Origin: an uncultured delta proteobacterium
GTDB taxonomy: Bacteria; Myxococcota_A; Polyangia; Fen-1088
Assembly (NCBI GenBank): GCA_963767925.1
Contig: CAVYGB010000006.1
Location: 160,001 to 224,000 of the forward strand
Length of the DNA: 64,000 bases
Reading direction: 5' to 3'
A model generated the notes under the pieces. The model was given only the letters and a program-made list of their open reading frames with translations. It made no database searches and was not told where the DNA came from. Below, piece by piece: positions 27,573-37,217 of the stretch. The position numbers and the translations under genes were made by a program. The stretch's first letter is position 1, and each line of letters opens with the position of its first letter.

Positions 27573-28560
27573 GTGACCATGGAGATGGACCTGTGGATGC
27601 GATTGCATGACGGGTCCATCGTCCCCTGTGCGGCGGGACGAGGGAGACCGGGTGGCGGTTGCGGCCCGACACGCTCCGGCTGCGCACCGCCGTGCCGTAC
27701 GAGGGCAAGGAACTGCGCACGATGGCGCGCTTCGAGATCGCAGCGGGCGACCTTCGACCTGACCGGGGACCCCTCGCACCTGCCCGGTCCGCCGGCGATC
27801 GATCCGGAGGCCGCGCTCGTCGACACCTAGGCCTGGTGGAACGAGTGGGTCTCCCGGCGTCTACCGGGGACCCTGGTCGGAGGCGATCTGCGCTCGCTGG
27901 CGACGTTGAAGGCGCTCACCTACCAGCCGACCGGCGGCATCGTGGCCGCCCCCACCACCTCCTGCCCGAGAAGCTGGGCGGCGGGCGCAACTCGGACTAC
28001 CGCCACTGTGGCTGCGCGACGCCACCTTCACCTTGATGGCCCTGCTGGGCGCGGTCCACGTCGACGAGGCGCGCGACTTTCGTGAGTGGCTGCTGCGGGC
28101 CGCGGCGAGCTCGCCCGCCCAGCTCCAGATCATGTCGGCATAGCGGGCGAGCACCGCTTCCCCGAACTGGAGCTGCTCTGGTTACCGGCCACGAAGGCTC
28201 CCGACCGGTCCGCATCGGCAACGAGGCCTCGCAGCAGCGGCAGCTCGACGTGTTCGGCGGGCTGCTCGATACCGATGCAGAAGTCCGGGCGGGCCGGGCT
28301 GACCGCGGGCGAGGGCGCCTTCCTGCTGTGCACTTTCTGGCTGGCGGACGCACTCATCCTGCTGGGCCGCCGCCCCCAGGCTCAGGCGCTTTTCGAACGG
28401 GTGCTGGCCGTGCGCAACGACCTCGACTTGCTTTCGGAGAGCTACAACCTCATTAAACGTCGACTGCTGGGAAACTTCCCTCAGGCTCTTTCACTTCTCG
28501 GGCTCATCAACACCGCCCGGAACCTGGCCGATCCGGTGGCCCCCGCCCGCGAACGGTCGG
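27573..28560 (+). pseudogene. Glycoside hydrolase family 15 (glucoamylase/trehalase-like) remnant
   Basis: Fragments in different frames: GSIVP, PDTLRLRT, LKALTYQPTGGIVAAPTT, LPEKLGGGRNSDYR, WLRDATFT, PVRIGN..QLDVFG, EGAFLLCTFWLAD, LGNFPQA; internal stop, frameshifts and a large deletion. Confidence 0.88.
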
Positions 28561-28843
28561 AAAAGACCTCGGGTAACGCGAGCGCATCGCCGTTGTGGGC
28601 GTGTCGTAACGGCCGGAGCGGCGACCCGCCAAAGACGTCCCAAAGGAGCCGCTTTGGTTTTTCCCTCGTGGCGCATGCCGCTCGCTTGTCGGGCGTTTCC
28701 TTACGAAGCGGCAACCTGGCGATCGGCCAGACGCCCGCCCGCGTTTCACGTTAGGGCCCAAAAAAAGCCCCGCTCCCCGACACACGGTATGTTGCATCCC
28801 ACGAGATGCGGTAAAACGAGACGAGTAAATCATCGGCCTCGCC

Positions 28844-30361
28844 ATGCAAGATCCGTTGGGAGAAATTCGCCGCCTGCAGGAGTGCATCAGCGCCCTGGCC
28901 AGCCAGGTTGCGCTCCCCGCCACCCGATCCCCGGCGCAACCGACCGACGTGCTGTCGGGCTTGCTCGAGACGCTCGTCAGCATGTTGCGGCTCGACTTCG
29001 CCTACGGCAGCCTGAAGATGGACGGCGACCGCCGGCCCGAGGTGTTCCGGGCGCCGGGCCGCGAACGGACGCCGGCCCCGGAGGTCGCGCAGGTGGGCGT
29101 GGCCCTCGAGAAGTGCCTCGGCGATGATGGGCCGGGCGCCACCCGGCGGGTCCCCAACCCGATCGGCAGCGGTGAGCTGTCGATCCTCCACATGCCGCTC
29201 GGCGCCGGGCCGGGCACCGGGATGGTGGTGGCCGGCTCGCAGCGCGACGACTTTCCGACCCCGGTCGAAGCGCTGCTGCTGCGCATGGCGGTCAACGAGG
29301 TGCTGGTGCAGCTCCAGGGCGCACAGATCCGGGCGGCGGAGGAGCGGGCGGACGACCTGCGCCGGGCCAAAGAGCAGCTCGAGGCCGAGAACAGCTACCT
29401 CCGGCAGGAGCGCTGCACCGAGCAGCCCTGGGGCGAGCTCGTGGGCCACAGCCGCGCGCTCGAGGACGTCCTGCGCCTGGTCCAGCAGGTGGCGCCCACC
29501 ACCGCCTGCGTGTTGATCCAGGGCGAGACCGGCACCGGCAAGGAGCTCGTCGCCCAGTCCATTCATCAATCCAGCCCCCGGCGCGAGCAGCCCTTCGTGC
29601 GGCTCAACTGTGCGTCGATCCCGGCGGGGCTGCTGGAGAGCGAGCTGTTCGGTCACGAGCGGGGCGCCTTCACCGGCGCGGTCGCCCGCCACCCCGGCCG
29701 CTTCGAGCTGGCCGACGGGGGGACCCTCTTTCTCGATGAAGTGGGCGACCTACCGCTCTTGCTGCAGGCCAAGCTGCTGCGCGTGCTGCAAGAGCGGGAG
29801 TTCGAGCGGCTGGGCGGCACCCGCACCATCCGGGTCAACGTGCGGGTGGTGGCCGCCACCAACCGCGATCTGGCCCAGATGGTGGCGGCGGGTGAATTCC
29901 GCAGCGATCTTTACTACCGATTGCGGGTTTTTCCCATCCTCGTGCCGCCTTTGCGCGATCGGGTCGAGGACATCCCCCTGCTCGTGACCTGCTTCACCGA
30001 GCGGCACGCCCGCCGTTGTAACAAGACCATCAACCGCGTCTCCGACGAGACCATGGTCGCGCTCTGCCGCCACCCCTGGCCGGGCAACGTTCGGGAGCTG
30101 GAGAACCTCATCGAGCGCAGCGTGATCATGTCGCAGCGATCGACCCTCGAGGTGCCGCTCGACGAGCTCGAGATCGATCAGCGCGCGGTCACCGAGGTGG
30201 ATCAGTCCCTGCAGGGCATGGAACGCGAGCACATTCTGCGGGCGCTGCAGGCCTCCAACTGGCGGATCGCCGGGAGCTCGGGCGCCGCCGTCCGCCTGGG
30301 CCTGCCCCGCACCTCCCTGCAATACAAGATGCAAAAGCTCGGCATCAGCCGCCCCCGCTAG
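28844..30361 (+). CDS. Sigma54-dependent transcriptional activator (FhlA-like bEBP)
   Basis: [39 protein letters not shown]-terminal Fis HTH. Confidence 0.95.
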   Translation: MQDPLGEIRRLQECISALASQVALPATRSPAQPTDVLSGLLETLVSMLRLDFAYGSLKMDGDRRPEVFRAPGRERTPAPEVAQVGVALEKCLGDDGPGATRRVPNPIGSGELSILHMPLGAGPGTGMVVAGSQRDDFPTPVEALLLRMAVNEVLVQLQGAQIRAAEERADDLRRAKEQLEAENSYLRQERCTEQPWGELVGHSRALEDVLRLVQQVAPTTACVLIQGETGTGKELVAQSIHQSSPRREQPFVRLNCASIPAGLLESELFGHERGAFTGAVARHPGRFELADGGTLFLDEVGDLPLLLQAKLLRVLQEREFERLGGTRTIRVNVRVVAATNRDLAQMVAAGEFRSDLYYRLRVFPILVPPLRDRVEDIPLLVTCFTERHARRCNKTINRVSDETMVALCRHPWPGNVRELENLIERSVIMSQRSTLEVPLDELEIDQRAVTEVDQSLQGMEREHILRALQASNWRIAGSSGAAVRLGLPRTSLQYKMQKLGISRPR

Positions 30362-30383
30362 CAGCCCGTTGACGGGCTGCTAG
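30358..30383. repeat. Palindromic REP/MITE-like element, copy 1 (CTAGCAGCCCGT-TG-ACGGGCTGCTAG)
   Basis: 20-mer GCAGCCCGTTGACGGGCTGC at 30361-30380, bounded by CTAG on both sides. Confidence 0.85.
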
Positions 30384-30575
30384 CAGCCGGCTCGCCGCAA
30401 TTTTTTCGCGAGGCGGCTGCCGGGCGGGCCTCCCGGCGCCGGAGGTGCCTGAGGACGGGCAGCTGCCGGCCGGCCCGCCGGCAGACCCGCCGGCAGCGCC
30501 GGAGCAGCTCCACCCGATCGCCCCAGATCCCGGGTTTTTTCGCGAAGGGGCGGGCGGCAGCGGAGGCGGGGCGGC

Positions 30576-30591
30576 TGGAATGGACCTTGCT
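30576..30591 (+). promoter_or_regulatory. Sigma54 (-24/-12) promoter
   Basis: TGGAATGGACCTTGCT has GG-N10-GC with TTGC; lies between the bEBP gene and the LuxR regulator. Confidence 0.7.
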
Positions 30592-30714
30592 GGAGCGCGG
30601 GTAGACCGTGGCGTGGCGCAACTTCCAACACGGAGATCCCCCTGCTCGTCGCCTCTCTGGGGAGCTCTCTTCCAGCACGCCCATTGCCCCGGTCGATTCC
30701 AAGGAGGAGCGCAC

Positions 30715-31455
30715 ATGAGGATCGTTCTGGTGGCAGGAGAACCGGTATTCAGGCTGGGGTTCAGGAGCCTGGTGGAGACTTCGGAGGATCTGGTGCTGGT
30801 GGGCGATTCGCCCGACGCGCGCGCTGCCTTCCCGCGCATCGACTCGGATCGACCCGAGGTGGTGGTCATGGACGTGGCCCTTCCCGGCATGAGCGGCATC
30901 ACCGCCACCCGAGAGATCAAGTGCCGATCGCCCGAGACGCGCGTCCTGCTGCTGGGCGCCTGGCCGCGGGAACGCGACGCGCTGGACGCGTTTGCCGCCG
31001 GCGCCCACGGCTTCGCGCTCAAGTCGGAGCCCTCGGAGGCCCTGCTCTACGCCATCCGCACCGTCGAGCGGGGCCGCAGCTACATCAGCCCGGAGCTGCG
31101 CGGGTGCGCGGTGCCGCGGGTCGACACCCATCGACCCGCGCCCCCCCGGAGCGACGACGTTCTCGGCGTGCTGTCGCCCCGGGAGCGCGAGGTGCTCGAC
31201 CTGATTCTCAAGGGCTGGCGGAACCGGAACATCGCCAAGGAGCTGTGCATCTCCATCAAGACGGTCGACACCCACCGCACGCGCATCAACCGCAAGCTCC
31301 GGTGCACGAACGCCGCCGATCTGGTCCGCTTCGCCGCCGAGAACGGGCTGCTGGCGGATGCGCCCTGGTCGGCCCCGCCCGGCCCGGTGTCCAACGGTCG
31401 CGGCGACGCGACGGTCCTGAGCCGCCAGCCACCCCCCACCATCCTGACGCTGTGA
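30715..31455 (+). CDS. NarL/LuxR-family response regulator
   Basis: RBS AAGGAGG; VVMDVALPGMSG; LSPREREVL...IAKELCISIKTVDTHRTRI. Confidence 0.92.
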   Translation: MRIVLVAGEPVFRLGFRSLVETSEDLVLVGDSPDARAAFPRIDSDRPEVVVMDVALPGMSGITATREIKCRSPETRVLLLGAWPRERDALDAFAAGAHGFALKSEPSEALLYAIRTVERGRSYISPELRGCAVPRVDTHRPAPPRSDDVLGVLSPREREVLDLILKGWRNRNIAKELCISIKTVDTHRTRINRKLRCTNAADLVRFAAENGLLADAPWSAPPGPVSNGRGDATVLSRQPPPTILTL

Positions 31456-31462
31456 GGGGCCG

Positions 31463-32248
31463 ATGATGTTCGCCACCCAGCCACGCCAGGGCCCCATCAC
31501 CTTGCCTCACCCACCGTCCTGGCCCGACCGACCCCCACCCTTCGGAACGCCCCCACCGCGAGAGTCGGCCCCCGAGGCGGGCACGGCCGAGCGGCTGCTG
31601 GCCATCATGGGGCACGAGCTGCGCTCGCCGCTGTCGGCCATCACCATGGCGGCGGGCGCCCTCACCCAGCGGGGCGAGCTGAGCGAGCCAGATCGCCTCA
31701 CGGTCGTCGTCATCCAGCGCTGCGCCGCGCGCATGGCCCGGCTGATCGAGCGGGTGCTCGGGCTCAGATGGCTCACCCGGGAGGGCGGCTGCGCCCTGCA
31801 GCGCGAGCCAGCCGACCTGCTCGAGATCGCCAGCGAGCTGCTGGCGGAGGCGCAGGCGGCGCACGCCGATCGCCCGCTGCTGCTGCGGGCCAGCGGGGAC
31901 GCCGCCGGCCGGTGGGATCGGCTCAAGCTGTCCGAGGTGCTCTCCAACCTGCTGGCCAACGCCATCCAGCACGGCGACGGGAGCGCCCCGGTCACGGTGG
32001 AGATCGAGGGGGACGGCCCCCTCGTGGTCCTCCGGGTCCACAATCAGGGCCCCCCGATCCCGCCGGAGGTCTTGCCCCACGTCTTCGATCCGTTTCGCCG
32101 GCCCCGGGGCTCGCCCCGGGCCGGCCACCTCGGCCTGGGCCTGTTCCTGGTGCGCGAGATCGTCGATGCCCACGGGGGCACGGTCCAGGTCTCCTCGTCC
32201 GCCGCCGAGGGCACCACCTTCACGGTGCACCTGCCCCGGGGCGGCTGA
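31463..32248 (+). CDS. Histidine kinase core (HisKA+HATPase) without a sensor domain
   Basis: MGHELRSPL, NLLANAIQH, NQGPPIP, FDPF, LGLGL. Confidence 0.88.
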   Translation: MMFATQPRQGPITLPHPPSWPDRPPPFGTPPPRESAPEAGTAERLLAIMGHELRSPLSAITMAAGALTQRGELSEPDRLTVVVIQRCAARMARLIERVLGLRWLTREGGCALQREPADLLEIASELLAEAQAAHADRPLLLRASGDAAGRWDRLKLSEVLSNLLANAIQHGDGSAPVTVEIEGDGPLVVLRVHNQGPPIPPEVLPHVFDPFRRPRGSPRAGHLGLGLFLVREIVDAHGGTVQVSSSAAEGTTFTVHLPRGG

Positions 32249-32284
32249 GCCGGGCCCCGGGCAGCGCCTGCCTCACGGCGCAAG

Positions 32285-32307
32285 GCAGCCCGTTGACGGG
32301 CTGCTAG
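32285..32307. repeat. Palindromic element, copy 2
   Basis: GCAGCCCGTTGACGGGCTGC at 32285-32304 followed by TAG. Confidence 0.85.
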
Positions 32308-33257
32308 GGCGAAAACGCCGGCCCGCAGGTGGAGCTGGGTCCGCTGGTGGCGATCTCGGCGCAGAGATCGTCCCAGCCGCCCACCCCCGCCTCGGGGTCG
32401 AGCGGGAAGTCGCGGCAGTCGGCGCTCGGGTTCCAGGTGCCGTCGGCGTCGTGGCAGGGCGTGATGTCGATGCCCGACGTCTCCTCGAGCCAGGGGACGA
32501 AGGGGTGGATCAGCGTGTAGATGCTCTCGCCGTTGCAAAACAGCGCCCCCCGGCTTGTGGCCCCGAAGACCCGCCAGGTCCCGTCGGCGAGCTGGACGTA
32601 GGCTGGTCCGCCCGAGTCGCCGTAGCAGGAGCCCCGCCGGCTGTTGCCGAGGTAGATGTCGACCCCGTCGGTGCGCACGACGCCGACGTCCACCTTGAAC
32701 TTGACCCCCGCCCGGAAGTCCCAGAAGGCCCGCTGGCCGTAGCCGACAAGCACGGCCGGCTGCCCGGCCGTGAGGATGTCGGTCTCGCAGCCGTAGAGGA
32801 CCGGCGTGATCGCCATGTCCACCGGCTCGGCGAGGATGCAAAAGCCGAAGTCGCCAACCAGTCCGCCCGACGACGCCCCGAAGCACTGCTCGACCGGGAC
32901 GGTCTTGACCACGCCGGCGCCGCTCCAGCGCTCGCCGAAGGTGATCTCGGTGGGGCCGCCTTCGGCCAGGCAATGTTCGGCGGTGGTGACGATGCGCGGG
33001 TGGACGAGCGTGCTCGTGCAGTTGCCCGCGCCGACCGTTGTCGGCCACTGGCAGGTGGTGGCCGGGCTGCCGCCGATGATGGGCTGGCTGACCGCCTCGA
33101 CCTCCTCTTGCCGTTCGGGCGGGGCCGCCTCGGGCGTGGCGCAGCCCAGCGCCAGCAGGGCGGGCAGCACCAGGCGCGCGGCCAGCCGCGAGACCCGACC
33201 CGGGTCTCCCACCCGCCCCCCGCACCCTGGACCTGGTGGACCGCTCGCCGGCTGCAT
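32304..33257 (-). CDS. S1 (trypsin-like) serine protease lipoprotein
   Basis: LALGC lipobox, QPIIGG, TTAEHC, GDSGGP; Cys-rich tail; start uncertain. Confidence 0.9.
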   Translation of the reverse strand: MQPASGPPGPGCGGRVGDPGRVSRLAARLVLPALLALGCATPEAAPPERQEEVEAVSQPIIGGSPATTCQWPTTVGAGNCTSTLVHPRIVTTAEHCLAEGGPTEITFGERWSGAGVVKTVPVEQCFGASSGGLVGDFGFCILAEPVDMAITPVLYGCETDILTAGQPAVLVGYGQRAFWDFRAGVKFKVDVGVVRTDGVDIYLGNSRRGSCYGDSGGPAYVQLADGTWRVFGATSRGALFCNGESIYTLIHPFVPWLEETSGIDITPCHDADGTWNPSADCRDFPLDPEAGVGGWDDLCAEIATSGPSSTCGPAFSP

Positions 33258-33431
33258 GATCTGGACCTCCTGTGTGGGCGTTTGGCCGCGGACGTATCGC
33301 TCCCGCGCGCGGTGCCTCCATTGAAGACCAACTGGCCCCCGGGATCAAACCTCGCCCGCGCCGGTTCCGGTCCCAACCCCCTTGCCGCCGGGCCCGACCG
33401 GCGCCGGCCAACGAAAAGGTTAGTTGCTAAG

Positions 33432-33447
33432 AACTAATTCATTAGTT
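33432..33447. promoter_or_regulatory. Putative BlaI-family operator
   Basis: Perfect AT-rich inverted repeat AACTAAT-TC-ATTAGTT abutting a TACTCT -10-like box, 12 nt before the blaI ATG. Confidence 0.65.
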
Positions 33448-33459
33448 ACTCTGGTTGCC

Positions 33460-33864
33460 ATGGTCCCGCGCAAGGCCCGCCGGCCGGAGAAGCTGCTCAC
33501 CGAGGTCGAGCTCGAGCTGATGAACATCCTGTGGCGGCTGGACGGCGGCACCGTCTCCGACGTGCTGGCCCACCTGCCGCCCGAGCGTCCGCTGGCCTAC
33601 ACCTCCGTCTCCACCATCCTGCGCATCCTCGAGCAGAAGGAGGTGGTGGCGAGCGAGAAGCTCGGCCGCGGCCACCGCTACCGGCCGCAGGTCGCCCGGG
33701 AGGTGTACGAGGCCTACGCCCTCGAGCACGTGGTGGGGCGGGTGTTCGGGGGCGAGCCCCTGGCCCTGGTCCGCCGCCTCGTCGACAGCGCCGGCCTGAG
33801 CAAGAAGGACCTCGCCGAGCTCAAGCTCCTGCTCGACCAGAAAGAACGGGAGCCGCGCCGGTGA
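33460..33864 (+). CDS. BlaI/MecI/CopY-family repressor
   Basis: LTEVELELMNILW, LAYTSVSTILRILEQK, VFGG. Confidence 0.92.
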   Translation: MVPRKARRPEKLLTEVELELMNILWRLDGGTVSDVLAHLPPERPLAYTSVSTILRILEQKEVVASEKLGRGHRYRPQVAREVYEAYALEHVVGRVFGGEPLALVRRLVDSAGLSKKDLAELKLLLDQKEREPRR

Positions 33865-35474
33865 CCGCCCTGCTCGGCCTCTACCTCGAGACGGGCCTGG
33901 TGCTGGCCGCCGGCGGCCTGGCCATGGGCGCGCTGGTGCGCTGGGGCGGCGGCCTGCTCGCGCACGCGCCCCGGCGCTTCGTCCGCGCCAGCCTGCTGCT
34001 GCTCGCGCTCGCCCTGGCGCTCCCCGCGGCCTGGCGGCTGCCGCAGCGGGCGCCCCAGTCGGCGCCGATCGAGGTGTGGGCCAGCGATCGCCCGCCGATC
34101 GGCGTGCCGCCCCGGCCGGTGACCCTGGCCTGGCCCGCGCCCGGCCCGGCCGGCATCCGCCCCGGCCTGCGCCTCGAGCGGGCGGCGCTGATCCCGCTCG
34201 TCGCGCTGCTGGCCCTCGGCGGCGCGATCGCCGGCCTCCGGCTGGCCCGGGCCCGGCGCCGGCTGCGGCGCCAGTGCCAGGCCTTGCCCCTGGTCAAGCG
34301 GCACGGGCGGGTGCGCCTGTGCGCCTCCGACCGGGCCCCGGCGCCCTTCGCGACCCGCGCCGGCGGCGTCGCCTACATCGTCGTGCCGACGGCCCTGCTG
34401 GCCGACGGCGCCCGCCTGCGCCTCGTCATCGACCACGAGGGCGAGCACCTGCGCCGGGGCGACCTGCTGTCGGCCAGGCTGCTCGGCCTGCTCCGGGTGC
34501 TGTTCTTCTGGAACCCCGGGCTGGCCCTCTGGGAGCGGGCCCTCGCCGAGCTGCAGGACCTGGCCTGCGACCGCCGCGTGCTCGAGCGCCGCCCGGTCAG
34601 CGCCCTCGAATACGGCCGCTGCCTGCTGTGGGCCGCGGAGACCGCCGGCGGCGCCCGTTACCTGCTGCCCGGCGCCCGGGCCATGGCCGCATCCGAAGCA
34701 CCCACCCTGCGAAGGAGGATCCTCATGCTCACCCAGCTCACCCGCCTGCCCGGCCGCCCGGCCGGGCCCATCCGCGCCGCGCTCGTCGCCCTCGTCACCC
34801 TCGGCGCCGCCGCCCTGCTGCTCGGCACCTCCTGGGCCGTGCAGGGCTCGCTCGCCGAGCGCAAGCTGACCCTCGAGGAGCTGGCCGCCCTCGCCGCCCG
34901 CGTCGAGGCCCGCTCGGGCTTCCCCCTCCTCGTCGACGGGCGCGTGGCCGAGGCGGTCACCCGCCGCATCGCCAGCCCCGAGGCCCGGGACACGACCCGC
35001 CGGGCCCTCGCGCGCATGCGCCACTACCGGCCGATGATCGAGGACGTGCTCCGCCGCCGGGGCTTGCCGGTCGAGCTGCTCGGCATGGCGTTGGCGGAGT
35101 CGGGCTTCGACAACGAGGCCCGCCCCAACCGCCCGCCCGAGCGGCAGGCGGCCGGCATCTGGCAGTTCATACCCGGCTCCGCCCGCCGGCTGGGGCTGGA
35201 GGTCTCTCCCATCTCCGACGAGCGGCTCGAGCCCCGCCGGGCCACCGAGGCCGCCGCCATGATGCTGCTCGAGCTACACCGGCAGCTCGCCGACTGGCCG
35301 CTGGCCATCGCCGCCTACAACGGCGGCCGGCGGGTCGTCCAGGGGCTGACCGAGGGCGCCGCCATCCCCGAGGCCCGGGCCCGGGTGATGGCCAGCCCCA
35401 CCGAATTTGGCCACTACCTGCCCTCGGTGATGGCGGCCATCGTGCTGATCGAGAACCCCGCCCTGGCCGACTGA
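33861..35474 (+). CDS. M56 (BlaR1-like) metallopeptidase fused to an SLT lytic transglycosylase domain
   Basis: TM segments, HEGEHLRRGD, FFWNP, LACD, LRRRILML; then LAESGF, AGIWQFIP, LAIAAYNGG. Confidence 0.88.
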   Translation: MTALLGLYLETGLVLAAGGLAMGALVRWGGGLLAHAPRRFVRASLLLLALALALPAAWRLPQRAPQSAPIEVWASDRPPIGVPPRPVTLAWPAPGPAGIRPGLRLERAALIPLVALLALGGAIAGLRLARARRRLRRQCQALPLVKRHGRVRLCASDRAPAPFATRAGGVAYIVVPTALLADGARLRLVIDHEGEHLRRGDLLSARLLGLLRVLFFWNPGLALWERALAELQDLACDRRVLERRPVSALEYGRCLLWAAETAGGARYLLPGARAMAASEAPTLRRRILMLTQLTRLPGRPAGPIRAALVALVTLGAAALLLGTSWAVQGSLAERKLTLEELAALAARVEARSGFPLLVDGRVAEAVTRRIASPEARDTTRRALARMRHYRPMIEDVLRRRGLPVELLGMALAESGFDNEARPNRPPERQAAGIWQFIPGSARRLGLEVSPISDERLEPRRATEAAAMMLLELHRQLADWPLAIAAYNGGRRVVQGLTEGAAIPEARARVMASPTEFGHYLPSVMAAIVLIENPALAD

Positions 35475-35496
35475 GCGACCGGGGCTGGCCTGGCGG

Positions 35497-36168
35497 TCAG
35501 CGGGCCAGCTCCTGGTCGATGAGAGCCTTGAGCGATTCGTAGCCCAGATTCTCGAGGCGCTTGCCGTTGACGAAGAAGGCCGGGGTGCCGGTGACGCCGA
35601 GGCTGGCCGCGTCCTTGCGGTCGATCTCCACCACCTTGCCGGAGGCCCCGCTGGCCACCGAGCGGCGGAAGGCCTCCATGTCGAGGCCGACCTGCTCGGC
35701 CAGCCCCGGGATCAGCTCGGGCCGGGGGGCGTGGTGGTCCCCCCAGCGCGGCTGGTGCAGGAACAACGTCTCGAGCATCTCCCAGTATTTTCCCTGCTCC
35801 CCGGCCGCCTCGAGGGCGGCGACCGCCACCGTCGAGTTGGGGTGCAGCGGCAGGTAGCGCACCACCAGCCGCAGGCGGTTGCCGTATTCGGTGAGCAGGT
35901 GCTTGACCACCGGGTAGACCGCCCGGCACGACTCGCACTCCGGATCGAGGAACTCGACAAGGGTCACCTTGGCGTCCTTGGGACCCAGGCTGCGGCTGTG
36001 CGGGCGCACCAGGGCCGAGTCGTCGCCGGCGGGGGCGCTGGCGAGCTGGGCGGCCACCTTGGCCTCCTGCTCCTGCTTCTGCGAGCGGGTGTAAAAGGCC
36101 GCCGCCACCACCAGCACCGTCACGAGGACGGCGGCGATACCGGCCAGTCGGATCACGTCTTTTTTCAT
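35497..36168 (-). CDS. DsbA/BdbD-family thiol-disulfide oxidoreductase
   Basis: GPKDAKVTLVEFLDPECESC, GVTGTPAFFVNG. Confidence 0.9.
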   Translation of the reverse strand: MKKDVIRLAGIAAVLVTVLVVAAAFYTRSQKQEQEAKVAAQLASAPAGDDSALVRPHSRSLGPKDAKVTLVEFLDPECESCRAVYPVVKHLLTEYGNRLRLVVRYLPLHPNSTVAVAALEAAGEQGKYWEMLETLFLHQPRWGDHHAPRPELIPGLAEQVGLDMEAFRRSVASGASGKVVEIDRKDAASLGVTGTPAFFVNGKRLENLGYESLKALIDQELAR

Positions 36169-36626
36169 GCGACCACGCTTGCTTGGGTTTTTCGCAGGGC
36201 TCTTCGGTGCAACAGCAGGGTCCCCAGCAGCCCCACGAACGCGGCGAGCGCCATCAAGGGGATGCTGATGAAGCCCAGCCAGTCGATCTGGCGCGAGCTG
36301 CAGGGAACGCCCGCCGTGCAGGGGCTCAAGCTCTCGGGAATGACCCCGTAATAGAGGAGGTTGTGATAGACGGCCAGCCCCAGCCCCGCCAGCACCAGCG
36401 GCAGGGCGTAGGCCACCAGCTTCCCGTCGCGCAGCACGATCCCAACCGCGATGACGGCGGTCAGCGGATAGAGGCAGATGCGCTGGTACCAGCACAGCGA
36501 GCAGGGCGGCAGCTTCATGACCTCCCCGAAGAACAGGCTGACGAGGGTGGCCGAGAGGGCGATGAACCAGGCCGCGTAAGCGAACCGGTAGGGCGCGGCG
36601 GCGGCGGGCGGGGCAGCGGGGGTCAT
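36165..36626 (-). CDS. DsbB/BdbC-family disulfide bond formation protein
   Basis: PCSLCWYQRICLYPL, second Cys pair PCTAGVPC, FISIP. Confidence 0.9.
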   Translation of the reverse strand: MTPAAPPAAAAPYRFAYAAWFIALSATLVSLFFGEVMKLPPCSLCWYQRICLYPLTAVIAVGIVLRDGKLVAYALPLVLAGLGLAVYHNLLYYGVIPESLSPCTAGVPCSSRQIDWLGFISIPLMALAAFVGLLGTLLLHRRALRKTQASVVA

Positions 36627-36694
36627 CTGTCGGCCTCCGTCGTACCACAAGGATCGACCCCGAGCGACCGGCATGCGCTACCATTCCCGGCGCC

Positions 36695-36961
36695 GTGTGG
36701 AAGCGAATCCTCCCCATCGTCGTCGTCCTCGGAGTGGTGGGCTTGATGGTTTACACCCTCATCAAGGAGGGCGCGACCGAGTGCCGCGTGTGCATGAGCT
36801 TCAACGGCCGCCGCCAATGCGCCACCGCCCGCGGCCCGGGCGAGGAGCAAGCCCGCACCGAGGCCCAGAACACCGCCTGCTCCCGCATCGCCCGGGGCAT
36901 GCAGGACTCGACCGCCTGCACCAACTCCGACCCCATCGAGGTGGCCTGCCGCGTCCGCTAG
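36695..36961 (+). CDS. Small membrane-anchored 6-Cys protein
   Basis: N-terminal hydrophobic helix followed by six Cys in about 60 aa. Confidence 0.7.
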   Translation: MWKRILPIVVVLGVVGLMVYTLIKEGATECRVCMSFNGRRQCATARGPGEEQARTEAQNTACSRIARGMQDSTACTNSDPIEVACRVR

Positions 36962-37045
36962 CGGCGCTAAAAGCCGAGACATTACGGAGTGCTACTCAGG
37001 GCGGCGGGGGCGACCCGCCGCTTCGCCGCGCGGCTCCAGACCCTG

Positions 37046-37065
37046 GCAGCCCGTTGACGGGCTGC
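37046..37065. repeat. Palindromic element, copy 3
   Basis: Exact GCAGCCCGTTGACGGGCTGC. Confidence 0.85.
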
Positions 37066-37217
37066 AAGGGTGCCAGGGTGGGACATCGCGCACGCTTCGG
37101 CATGCTGCACCATTTGTGGTATTTCGTCGCAGCTACGGCAAGATCTCTCGCCGAGGCTCGAGTCTGGTTCGGCAGACCGCCGTCGGATGGCTGGTTCGAT
37201 CCCAAGCGAGGAGCGCG

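Noticed and set aside
28660..28690. TGGCGC...TCGC as a sigma54 promoter (similar candidates near 44280 and 48190)
   Set aside because: GG-to-GC spacing is not 10 nt, or the -12 element is poor
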